Positions 50,401 to 60,621 of a stretch of DNA of 64,000 bases are shown one piece after another. Numbering within the stretch: position 1 is the first letter of the stretch; every line of letters starts with the position of its first letter. Location of the stretch: the NCBI GenBank assembly GCA_010909165.1, contig MU008163.1:558001-622000 (forward strand), in the 5' to 3' direction. A program made the position numbers and the translations under genes. The notes beneath the pieces were generated by a model that was given only the letters and a program-made list of their open reading frames with translations, made no database searches and was not told the origin of the DNA. The stretch is from Anthoceros angustus. Lineage: Eukaryota > Plantae > Anthocerotophyta.

Positions 50401-52893
50401 GTTTCTGATGAAAGCAAATGAAACATATTTTCATTATCATACAACATGATGATTTTTCACAAAACAAAATAATTCTCATTGTCGGAATTGAACCTTGTTG
50501 ATAGTTGAACCCGTGTCGTGGCCCAAGCTCACTTAAACCACTATATGTACTACAATGAACCAGTCGAGTTGAACCCGTGTAGTGGCGGTCGAGCTCGTGC
50601 TTAAACCACCATACTACAATGAGCCGGGTCGTAGAAGAAGAAGAAGAATTTTATTTAAGTCCACTAAGGACGGATTTATATGGGACGGATAAACAAAGAG
50701 ACTATAATGAAATTTAAGCGCTATTCGAGTGCGTGAGAATAGTGTGAGGCATAATCAAATATCCGCAAGTTGAGAAGTTCAAGTTGGTTGGTCCTCATTT
50801 CCACATTTGTTTCAAGCAAACTCCTACAATAATAGGGTCGAAAATTGAAAAATCACAGTGAAGATCGAGCTCGTAAATAGATTGATAAATGTATGTATGA
50901 TATCTTCATATATGGGACACGGAAAACAAAGTGTTCCTCGGTCCTAGTTGAACCCGTGTCGTGGCGGTCCGAGCTACATGCTTAACCCACTATACTACAA
51001 CGAGTTTGGTGCGTGTTACTAGGTATCTGCGTATCTAGTACCAACAAGAAACCAAATGAAACCTATGTAACCTAATTTGCCATCACACAATAGGATCATG
51101 CTTCAAAAATAAAGTGAAAGTGTTATGAGTAAATCTAGTTGCCGGAATTGAAGCGGGTCGTAGTTGACCCCATGTCGTGGCGATGCAGGCTGCAGACTTA
51201 AACCATTATACTACTACAACAACAACAACAATGACACACCACACATACACACACACACATATATGATCTTTTGTCCACTTAGAGTGGAAGGACCACCATG
51301 GGATAGAAAAGGTATAGGCGAAAGGTGAAAAAAGACCTACATCGTGCGTCGAACTAGAGAGACAAGCAACATGCATATCTATGAACCAGAGAGACAGGCG
51401 ATGCAAGCAAGAAGGCAATCGAGACGATCAATCAACAGTGTCATAAAAAGGTCGAGGACAAAATAACCAAATGATCACCACGAAAAAAGGGTACCTAACC
51501 CAAGGCATGAGCAGTCTTAAAAGCAGACAATTTCTCCTTCTTATTTTGCCACTGCAAAGGGATAAGGCCCTCGTTCAATATGCAAGATTGTTTGTTGTTT
51601 CTCATGAAGAAGTCCTATGTCATTGATATATATTCAGTATATGTATTGTGAACATGAAACTACAATGAGTTTGATGTTCACGTGTATGTTTACTAAGTAT
51701 CTACTTATGTAGTATCGACGAAAGCAAATGAAACATATTTTGTTAGGTATGATGTCATACTTTGAGAATGATATGATCATGCTATGAATAATCCGAATGG
51801 ATCCTTTGGGCACTTTATCATCGTTAACCAAAGTCAAAACTTGAAAAATAATTCTCGTTGCGGGAATCGAACCGGTCGTAGTTGAACCCAGCGTCATGGT
51901 GGTCTAAGCTTATTTAAACCACTATACTACAAACCAAAGTCAAAACTTGAAAAATAATTCGTTCTTTGGGAATCGAACCCGGTCGTAGTTGAATGTCGTG
52001 GCCCAAGCTCACTTAAACCAATATACTACAACGAGTTTGGTGTTCACGGTGTATGTTTACTAAGTATCTACTTATGTAGTATCGACAGTAAAGCAAATGA
52101 AACATATTTTGTTAGGTATGATGTCATACTTTGAGAATGATATGATCATGCTATGAATAATCCGGATGGATCCTTTGGGCACTTTGTCATCGTTAACCAA
52201 AGTCAAAACTTGAAAAATAATTCTCGTTGCCAGGAATCGAACCCGGGTCGTAGTTGAAACCACTATACTACAAACCAAAGTCAAAACTTGAAAAATAATT
52301 CTCGTTCGGAATCGAACCGGTCGTAGTTGAACCCGTGTCGTGGCCCAAGCTCCGTGCCAAACCACTATACTACAACGAGTTTGGTGTTCACGTGTATGTT
52401 TACTAAGTATCTACTTATGTAGTATCGATAAACAAATGAAACATATTTTGTTAGGTATGATGTCATACTTTGCAAGCGGTATGATCATCGATCAATAATT
52501 CGAATGGATCCTTTGGGCACTTTGTCATTGTTAACCAAAGTAAAACTTGAAAAGTAATTCGTTGCGAATCGAACCGGTCGTAGTTGAACCCGTGTCGTGG
52601 TGGTCCAAGCTCCGTGCCAAACCACTATACTACAACGAGTTTGGTGTTCACGGTGTATGTTTACTAAGTATCTACTTATGTAGTATCGACAAAGCAAATG
52701 AAACATATTTTGTTAGGTATGATGTCATACTTTGCAAACGGTATGATCATGCTGATCAATAATTCGAATGGATCCTTTGGGCACTTTGTCATTGTTAACC
52801 AAAGTCAAAACTTGAAAAGTAATTCTCGTTGCCGGGAATGGATCCTTTGGGCACTTTGTCATTGTTAACCAAAGTCAAAACTTGAAAAGTAAT

Positions 52894-52983
52894 TCTCGTT
52901 GCCGGGAATCGAACCCGGGTCGTAGTTGAACCCCGTGTCGTGGTGGTCCAAGCTCCGTACTTAAACCACTATACTACAACGAG
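52894..52983 (-). ncRNA. Best-preserved tRNA-like unit with non-canonical extended anticodon arm (similar copies at 48341-48430 and 49078-49167)
   Basis: CTCGTTG-TA-GTAT-AGTGGTTTAA-GTAC-G-[GAGCTTGGACCACCACGACACGGGGTTCAACTACGAC]-CCGGG-TTCGATT-CCCGG-CAACGAG-A, followed by T-runs. Expression is unproven. Confidence 0.6.
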
Positions 52984-53273
52984 TTCGGTGTTCATAATGT
53001 ATGTTTACTAAGTATCCACTTATGTAGTTTCTACAGTAAAGCAAATGAAACATATTTCATTATCATACAACATGATGATTTTTCACAAAACAAAATAATT
53101 CTCATTGTCGGGAATTGAACCTTGTTGATAGTTGAACCCCGTGTCGTGGCTGTTCGAGCTCTGAACTTAAACCACTATATGTACTACAATGAACCAGGTC
53201 GTAGTTGAACCCCGTGTAGTGGCGGTCTGAGCTCCGTGCTTAAACCACCATACTACAATGAGCCGGGTCGTAG

Positions 53274-53613
53274 AAGAAGAAGAAGAATTTTATTTAAGTC
53301 CACTAAGGACGGATTTCCGTCATGGGACTGATCCGACGGATAAACAAAGAGACTATAATGAAATTTAACTGCTATTCTGAGTCTGGCGTAGAGAATAGTG
53401 CTGTGAGGCATAATCAAATATCCGGCAAGTTGAGAAGTTCAAGTTGGTTGGTCCTCATTTCCCACATTTGTTTCAAGCAAACTCCTACAATAATAGGGTC
53501 AGGAAAATTGAAAAAATCCCTGAGTGAAGATCGAGCTACTGTAAATAGATTGATAAATGTATGTATGATATCTTCATATATGGGACACAGGAAAACAAAG
53601 TGTTCCTCAGTCC
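53274..53613 (-). mobile_element. 5'-truncated LINE (ORF2 C-terminal zinc-finger remnant, 3'UTR and (TTC)n tail) inserted in a tRNA-like unit; duplicate at ~50634-50944
   Basis: Minus strand reads TEEHFVFLCPIYEDIIHTFINLF...MWEMR...*, ends in (TTC)n, and splits GGGTCGTAG|TTGAACC with TAG on both sides. Confidence 0.72.
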
Positions 53614-54719
53614 TAGTTGAACCCCGTGTCGTGGCGGTCCGAGCTCTGTACTTAACCCACTATACTACAACGAGTTTGGTGCGTATTTACTAGGTATCTG
53701 CGTATCTAGTACCAACAGTAAACCAAATGAAACCTATGTAACCTAATTTGCCATCACACAATAGGATCATGCTTCAAAAAATAAAGTGAAAGTGTTATGA
53801 GTAAATCTAGTTGCCGGGAATTGAAGCCGGGTCGTAGTTGACCCCATGTCGTGGCGGTACGAGCTCTGTACTTAAACCATTATACTACTACAACAACAAC
53901 AACAATGACACACCCACACATACACACACACACACACATATATGATCTTTTGTCCACTTAGAGTGGAAGGACCACCATGGGATAGAAAAGGTATAGCTGA
54001 AAGGTGAAAAAAAAGACCTACATACGTACGTCTGAACTAGAGAGACAGCAACATGCATATCTATGAACCAGAGAGACAGGCGATGCAAGCAAGAAGGCAA
54101 TCGAGACGATCAATCAACAGTGTCATAAAAAGGTCGAGGACAAAATAACCAAATGATCACCACGAAAAAAGGGTACCTAACCCAAGGCATGAGCAGTCTT
54201 AAAAGCAGACAATTTCTCCTTCTTATTTTGCCACTGCAAAGGGATAAGGCCCTCGTTCAATATGCAAGATTGTTTGTTGTTTCTCATGAAGAAGTCCTAT
54301 GTCATTGATATATATTCAGTATATGTATTGTGAACATGAAACTACAATGAGTTTGATGTTCACAGTACATGTACTTATTGAATACCAAGAGTAAAGCAAA
54401 TTGAAACTCATTTGGTCATTGCACACAAAATGATATACTTCACAAAACAAACTGGTCTTAACTGAACCTTGCATCGTCACTCTTGCATTTTGGGATATTA
54501 TTTGAGCAAAAGTTTATGGAAATTAATTTTGACTTTGTGAGACTCAAATTTAATGATTCTAAATTTTGAAAAAAAAAGAGATCCATGTTCTCAAAATTGG
54601 GACCACGGACCACGAACAAGACATCATCGAATAGCCCTGCTCACGCTCTGTGCCTAACACGATGACCACGGGGAACGATTGAAAACAACGTCCAAAACAG
54701 GCGATCTGAACGCCAAAAT

Positions 54720-55310
54720 CCTCCACATGCCCGCACTTTGCATACATATCAATCAGAGTGCTGGCGATGTAGATGTTTGACTCAAAACCGCCCTGGGTGA
54801 TAGTGCATGAAGAAGCTTGGCCTGCCTTAAGGATGCTAGCAAGAGTCATCTTGTCAGGCCGCACGCCCTCCACTTGCATTAGCCGGAAAAGGTGGAATGC
54901 CTCCAGGCCAAATCCGTGCTGGACATAGCAGGCCTGCGATCATGGCTGCATTCCATGTCACTGCATCTCTTGTAGGCAGTCTTTCAAATATGATGCGCGC
55001 ATCCTGCAGCCTCCCACACATATGCCATACATGTCAATCAGTGTGTTGCCAACGTTACGAGAGCATGTGATATATTCACACCCATGTTCTCTTCTCGATT
55101 GTGGGCATGAACTAGTCTGCCAAATGCCAAGGCTAGCTTGTGAGCCTGTGGCATCAGCACCTGCTTTGAGCTGTGCAGCCACAAACACAAAATGTAGGCA
55201 TCAGGCTATGCATTGGATGGTATGTAGAACTGAATAGCCAGCTGATCATGAGGCCAGCCGTGGTTGTCAGGTGCGGAGAGGTGTCATCTCATGCTGGATC
55301 ATGGCGGTTC
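54720..55310 (-). pseudogene. Fragmented PLS-PPR pseudogene
   Basis: VGNTLIDMYG, MQVEGVRPDKMTLASILKA and FESNIYIASTLIDMYAKCGHVED in shifting frames, truncated at ~54720. Confidence 0.8.
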
Positions 55311-56399
55311 CAGGAGCATGGGGAACTGGAAGGTGTTTAGCTTTTCTTTTTTACAGACCAGACCTGTGTAAAGTGTATGGACAAATGGAGCAGGCTAGGA
55401 GGGCGTGAGTGGGCGGATCATGTTCCTTTTGCATACAGGTCTGACGACATGTGCAAGCTTAGCGCTGGCCTTGGTGCATTTAAGTCACAAATAGGCAGGC
55501 AGGCCTAGGTACGCACTCTCATATTGTGAAAAAGGGGACAGCTAGCTGGCTAGCACCATGGCCAGGACAGTGAGGTACCATATGCATCCTGGAGAGCCAT
55601 GTTTCACAGCCCAGCCCGCTGCTCTTCAGGAGCTCAGAAAACATGGAGGCCAAAGTCATTATATATTCCATCTGTTTTTGAGACTTACTCCCATACCCCC
55701 GGGCCCCTAGTAGACAAAACCCTACACCTGGTGGCTGGAGTAACGCAGCCAAAAAAGCAGGGAGATGCGACGTCGACGCACCAGCTAAGTCCGAGCTTGC
55801 GTACAGACCCTGTAGACTATCCATCTCTGGCCTGCAGCCTGCTCAAGTGTTGAAGGGGATGAGAGCCAACCCGGCGGGCGCTCTGAGAACCTTCTCGAAA
55901 CACATCCCAAGCTCACAGTCCAAGAGCATGAGATGAGCAGGCAGCACAGTGATTGACGACTACGGGTGTCCACTGTCCAGCTCTAAGTGAGCGAGCCTGA
56001 AAAAAGAGCTTTTCTGCTGGCAGACTGGCCACTGATTTGTTGTCTCTCCAATTGCGCACGGAGACGTTTGAGCGATTTGTGCCCTAGGTCAAGCTGCACA
56101 TTGTAAGATTCTCACCGCAAGAAACAGACTCGAGGAAGACCCTCAATTCCCTCCTCGAGTGCTCGCAAGATTCCTTTCGATACCCTCCGACCCGAGCCAT
56201 GATGCCTGGTCCGACCTAGGCAGCCGTAGGTGCCGGCCCGAGTGGCTGGCTGTGGGCGGTCACGCGAAGGGCGGTAGTACATGGCCTTGCGTCGGCACCT
56301 TCGCATAAATTCATAGGGTAGGTATACCTAGTTGTTGTATGTTGGGGCCCATTTTCTGCAAGGAACAAAATGGTTGTGTTCTCGGTATAAAATGATTTC

Positions 56400-56469
56400 A
56401 TGACGGAAATCCATGACGGAATCCCATGACGGAAATCATGATGTCCCATGATTTCCGTCATGGGACTGA
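56400..56469. repeat. Perfect 19-bp inverted repeat preceded by CATGACGGAA direct repeats
   Basis: TCCCATGACGGAAATCATG (56422-56440), 6-nt loop, CATGATTTCCGTCATGGGA (56447-56465). Confidence 0.9.
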
Positions 56470-56550
56470 AATATGATAACTACATAGATTGCGGTAAAAT
56501 GATCTGGAAGAATGTAAAGATAAAATTCAAACAAGAGAAATAATCTTCAA

Positions 56551-56870
56551 TCAATCAACAGTGTCGATGAAATAGCGTGAACGAGGGCCAAACACAACCA
56601 ATTCATCCCCACGAAAGAAAGCCACTTGACCTGTAGTGCGAGCTGCTCTGAAAGCGGGTAACTTCTCCCTCTTAGTCTTCCATTGTAATGGTGTAAGATT
56701 CTCATTGATATGTAACTGAGTTGTCCGTAACATAGACCCAGCCTTCATAACCTAGAGGCAATCATCCATAGAGTGAAAAGTCATAATCAATATGGGCTCC
56801 CTACCAGGATCCTTTCCAAGCCAGAAGGCTTGAGGAACGGTTTGTAGATGAGGATAGAAAATTAGATATT
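56551..56870 (-). mobile_element. LINE ORF1-like C-terminal remnant
   Basis: AFWLGKDPGREPILIMTFHSMDDCL*VMKAGSMLRTTQLHINENLTPLQ...FRAARTTGQVAFFRGDELVV resembles the RRM/C-terminal end of L1-type ORF1p; contains an internal stop. Confidence 0.6.
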
Positions 56871-57040
56871 TTTATCGACCTAGAAAATCTTGAAAATAGC
56901 CCGGTGACTTAAACGTTACATTATATGATAGGTTTGTTTGTGTCTTCTCCTTTGGTATGAATATGGAAGTGCTAGGGATGCTTGGGGATACTCTATTCGA
57001 CTCCAGAATTTGGCCCACCAGTATCTAGGTAGGTGACCCT

Positions 57041-57286
57041 AGCAACTGATCCTAATGGGGTCACAGATGGCTCAACAAAGGTGGTTCTTGGCAGCTGACC
57101 CCAATGCGGTCACAAATGGCTCAAGGAAGGTGGTTCTTGGTAGCTGACCCTTATGTGGTCACAAATGGCTCAATGAAGGCGGTTCTTAGCAGCTGACCCT
57201 AATCCGGTCACAAACGGCTCAAGGAAGGTGGTTCTTGGCAGCTGACCCTAATGCGGTCACAAATGGCTCAACGAAGGTGGTTCTTG
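57041..57286. repeat. 49-bp minisatellite, 5 copies
   Basis: Unit GCAGCTGACCCYAATGCGGTCACAAATGGCTCAANGAAGGTGGTTCTTG starting at ~57042, 57091, 57140, 57189 and 57238. Confidence 0.92.
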
Positions 57287-57983
57287 GCCCGTGGTACACT
57301 CTGATGGCGGAGGTCAAATATTTGGAAGGGGATGAGTTGGATTTGATGACCACGACGGTGCAAGGCATCAATGCGATAGGTACCAACTTCATCGCCTCCG
57401 AGCTTGAAGGATTTTTCAAGCAGGTTATGCATACTAATTCAGTGTACATCCACTTGCTCAAAGATGGCTCCTTCTGGATCAAGCTAAACTCTGCCATTTG
57501 AGGTGGACAGGCTTCTTGCTTCTGACAAGCTGTTTTGGGATCGAGCACCATTAATCTTGGAATGATGTGACGTAAAAGTGGAATTCGATAGGAATGAGCT
57601 ACCGTAGCCATAAACCTTCAAGAGGGGGAATATACAAACCCTCTTCGGTTGCTGGTGGACCCTCTTGACATAGATCACACCTTTCTCAAAACAATGTTTT
57701 TTTCACGTTTGTGACGTATGTCCACGCTTGTCCGATGGATCCCATGTTGGAAACAACGATTTCCAAGGCTTTGCAATACACATGGGCCTCCACGTCTTGG
57801 CGAGTCTTCCCGGGACATATATCGCCAAAGCAATGGTCCACAATGTAGGAAGGAAAATTAAAATTCCACCACTTGAAGACGGTTTTTTTACTCCAAACTA
57901 TGCGAGTGGCCAACCTTGAACTGTATACCTCTATCCAACCACAAAACTTATCGTTAAATACCGTCAGACGAAATATAAGACGT

Positions 57984-60621
57984 CTACAATGGATCATTGG
58001 GATGGCTCAACTGCGACTCGTCTACTGCCTGTCCTGTCACAGAGTCTAAGACAACCGCTAGGTTTCTAATGCGCTCTACTTCTTCGTCTTCAAATTCGTC
58101 GTTTTCTTCCAAGGCCTTCTCGTCTTCGTTCACATCACACTTGGGGTCGTCGGAGGTGTCGCCACACATCATCCAACGCTTGCCCATCTTCCAAAAGTTC
58201 ACTGTTGTCCTCTGCAACCTCCTGGCACTCAAAGAAACAACTTGTGCCTTGACTATCTTTTCCGATACATACCTCCTTTGCCTGAATGTGATGGTCCTCT
58301 GCGATGGGGTTGAAATGTAAGCTCTTCCTCTGATGGAAGGACCTCATAACCATGTATTCTGAGGAATGTACCGCACATCTCAACCTCAATCAATGCGCAG
58401 GCCCACTCAGATCGCAGCAAGTGTGGTGGTCCCACGCCGAACATGCATCAAGAACCCGCCCTTCCTTTGAGAAGGTCCTTATAAGTTTCATAAGAAGACC
58501 AAGTGGGCGTTGATAAGGGCATACCACAAGTTTGTCATTGGACAGTACACTGCTTTCTTCACCACGTGGCGTGTCCTATAACCGACCTCCCATTGTTGAA
58601 CGTCCTGCATAGCATTCGAAGATAGGAGCTCTATCCTTTGTGCTTGTGTCTTTCGACACCATCCCACTGATGTACTCCAGCCTCAAACCCCGCCTCATCA
58701 TTATGCATGTTGGTCTTATCCCATATGAAGGATACCAATCCGCCTTTCCACATCCATGTCCGCATGGATTCTCGACGGCAGTGGGCTTCTTGACCCCATG
58801 CATGACTATAATGCGGTAGTCTTCACTTGTTGTCTTTTCCTCAAAGCTCAAACACGTCGCATCATTGCCATGTCCACCCGCTTATCCATAGGGCCAATGT
58901 CAAACCCACGTGGAACGCCCATTACTAGAGCGTGTACCCCTCGTCCTCGAAACCCCGCATGTCAAGAATATTTCTTGCCTCCACCTGGTATTGAACCTGT
59001 TTGTCACTGGAAGGCACGTTAAATATGTTAAGACCTTCTTCCAGGTCCTTATCAGCCAAAGCCCTTTGCTCGTTTTCAAGACCTTTCCAGTTGTTGACTT
59101 CAAATATGAAATGGCGGAAGTCATCCGGCAGCTTCGCCAAAACCTCGACGTCCTTTAGTTGCTGCAAGTTAAAAACAAAACCACGTCGTAAGTGCCCCAT
59201 GGACATAAGGAGGCGCCCTCCATCTTCACTTGTGTTGGTGGAGGCGCCGGCGGCGCCCGGCGCCCATCTTCACTTGTGTGGTGGGCGGCGCCCGCCGCCT
59301 TCACGAAGCTGCCGATGGAGGGCGCGGCCGGCGCCCACCGCTGTCATGGTGGGCGGCGCCCGGCCGGCGCCCATCTTCACTTGTGTTGGTGGAGGCGCCC
59401 GGCCGGCCGGCGCCCATCTTCACTTGTGTGGTGGGCGCGGCCGGCGCCCACCGCAGCTTCCCTTGTGGAGGCGCCCACACATTGAATAGAAAGTGTTTCT
59501 CACCTTTCCGCAAATCTTGAAACTGACAAGACACTATCTGTTGCATGATGGGGATACTCTTCCGCACCTCCTCGAACGATGAGCACCCAAGGTGTTTCGC
59601 CATCGCCACTTGGATGATGTGAAATTTCTTGGGAGGGTGATATCATCATCCATGCCCTTTAGGTCAATAAGCCTGCAAGAACCTTCTCCGTTCGATATTA
59701 GTATCATTGCGCATTCACTGATGGTATTCCTTGAAACGATTTCCAAGGCTTTGCAAGCATATCCTTGACTTCACATATGCGATCGATTTTCTTTGACTCT
59801 TGATGACCTTCCGCTTTCCTTTGCCTTTCTTGCTCGTGCCCACCGCGACATGTTTCTTTTGCTCAAGCTCCCGGCTTCCCACTTTGTAAAAATCTTATCC
59901 ACATTCTCCCATACTCGCCTCCCGCTTTGCAATACACAAAATATGAGTCCTGTTGTCCACTTTGTTGCTTATATACATCGCCTTCTCGCCTCATCGCCGT
60001 CAATCAACCCTAGCGGTTTATGATTAAACTTCCATGCCATGGTCATGCACTCCGTTTTGCGATAATCGTTCGTCCCTCAAATATCGACTTGCTCAATGAA
60101 ATTCATTTTCTTCCTCTGTCGGACAACACATTGTGATCTGTTGCAAGAATTCGCATTTCACACCCCCACAATACACATGGGCCTCCACATCGAAAGCGAG
60201 TCTTCCCGGGACATATATCGCCAGTGCTTCATTCGCATAGGTGTGGTTGCCTCCAAGAACCCCATGACGTATTTTTTGCCTGAACTTGTCCCAATCAAGT
60301 TTGCTCGGTCTTCACACTCTGGGTCAATCATACATAATAGAGGCAATCGCCTTCCTCAATCCGCCTTCAAATCACGCGTGCCAAGTAATTTGTCCATGCT
60401 TCGTCAACCCTCCGTATCTGAGCATGCGGTGTGAGGTGTGATGCTGGCCGAAGGTTCTCCAATTTCACCAAAACTGTCTCCAAAACAACCTTTTTTGAAT
60501 AGGCCGATTCCCTGATGCGCGTTAGGGGGTCTTCATCCCGAATAGCATCTGCTAACCGCTCCTTGTCCGTTGATACATGGACAGATGGTATGTCCTCCAG
60601 CAACTCCTGCGCCTTTTGCAT
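57984..60621 (-). pseudogene. Frameshifted ParB-like domain / beta-class N4-C or N6-A DNA methyltransferase fusion gene
   Basis: In order on the minus strand: VKLENLRP...IRRVDEAWTNYLARVI, PLLCMIDP, VLGGNHT, AHVYCG...EMRILATDHN (ParB-like); then VMGVPRGFDIGP (degenerate motif IV position), CPYQRPLGLLMKLIRTFSKEGRVLDAC / GTTTLAA (motifs X/I); acidic tail. Confidence 0.7.
59209..59480. repeat. GC-rich tandem repeat inside the ParB-methyltransferase region
   Basis: Four copies of CCATCTTCACTTGTGT(T)GGTGG embedded in GGCGCCCGGCCGGCGCCC repeats. Confidence 0.85.

Larger units (their letters stand above)
48020..54360 (-). repeat. Tandem array of about 25 tRNA-Asp-derived units (monomer ~270 bp, plus short variants) in a ~2.65-kb higher-order duplication
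   Basis: Recurrent plus-strand motif CTCGTTGCCGGGAATCGAACCCGGGTCGTAGTTGAACCCC...AAACCACTATACTACAACGAG separated by a conserved ~180-bp AT-rich spacer. Landmarks repeat at 50634/53274 and ~51661/54343. Confidence 0.92.

Noticed and set aside
52894-52983. Selenocysteine/opal-suppressor tRNA (TTCAA present) or a canonical intron-containing tRNA
   Set aside because: TCA is not centred in a 7-nt loop on a 5-bp stem. No intron placement at 37/38 gives both a canonical loop and a normal variable region, and the candidate anticodon bases vary between copies.
53322-53693. 123-aa plus-strand ORF within the array
   Set aside because: It is the antisense of the LINE ORF2 remnant.
48020-54360. CRISPR-like array
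   Set aside because: The intervening sequences are near-identical rather than unique spacers, no cas genes are present, and the context is eukaryotic.
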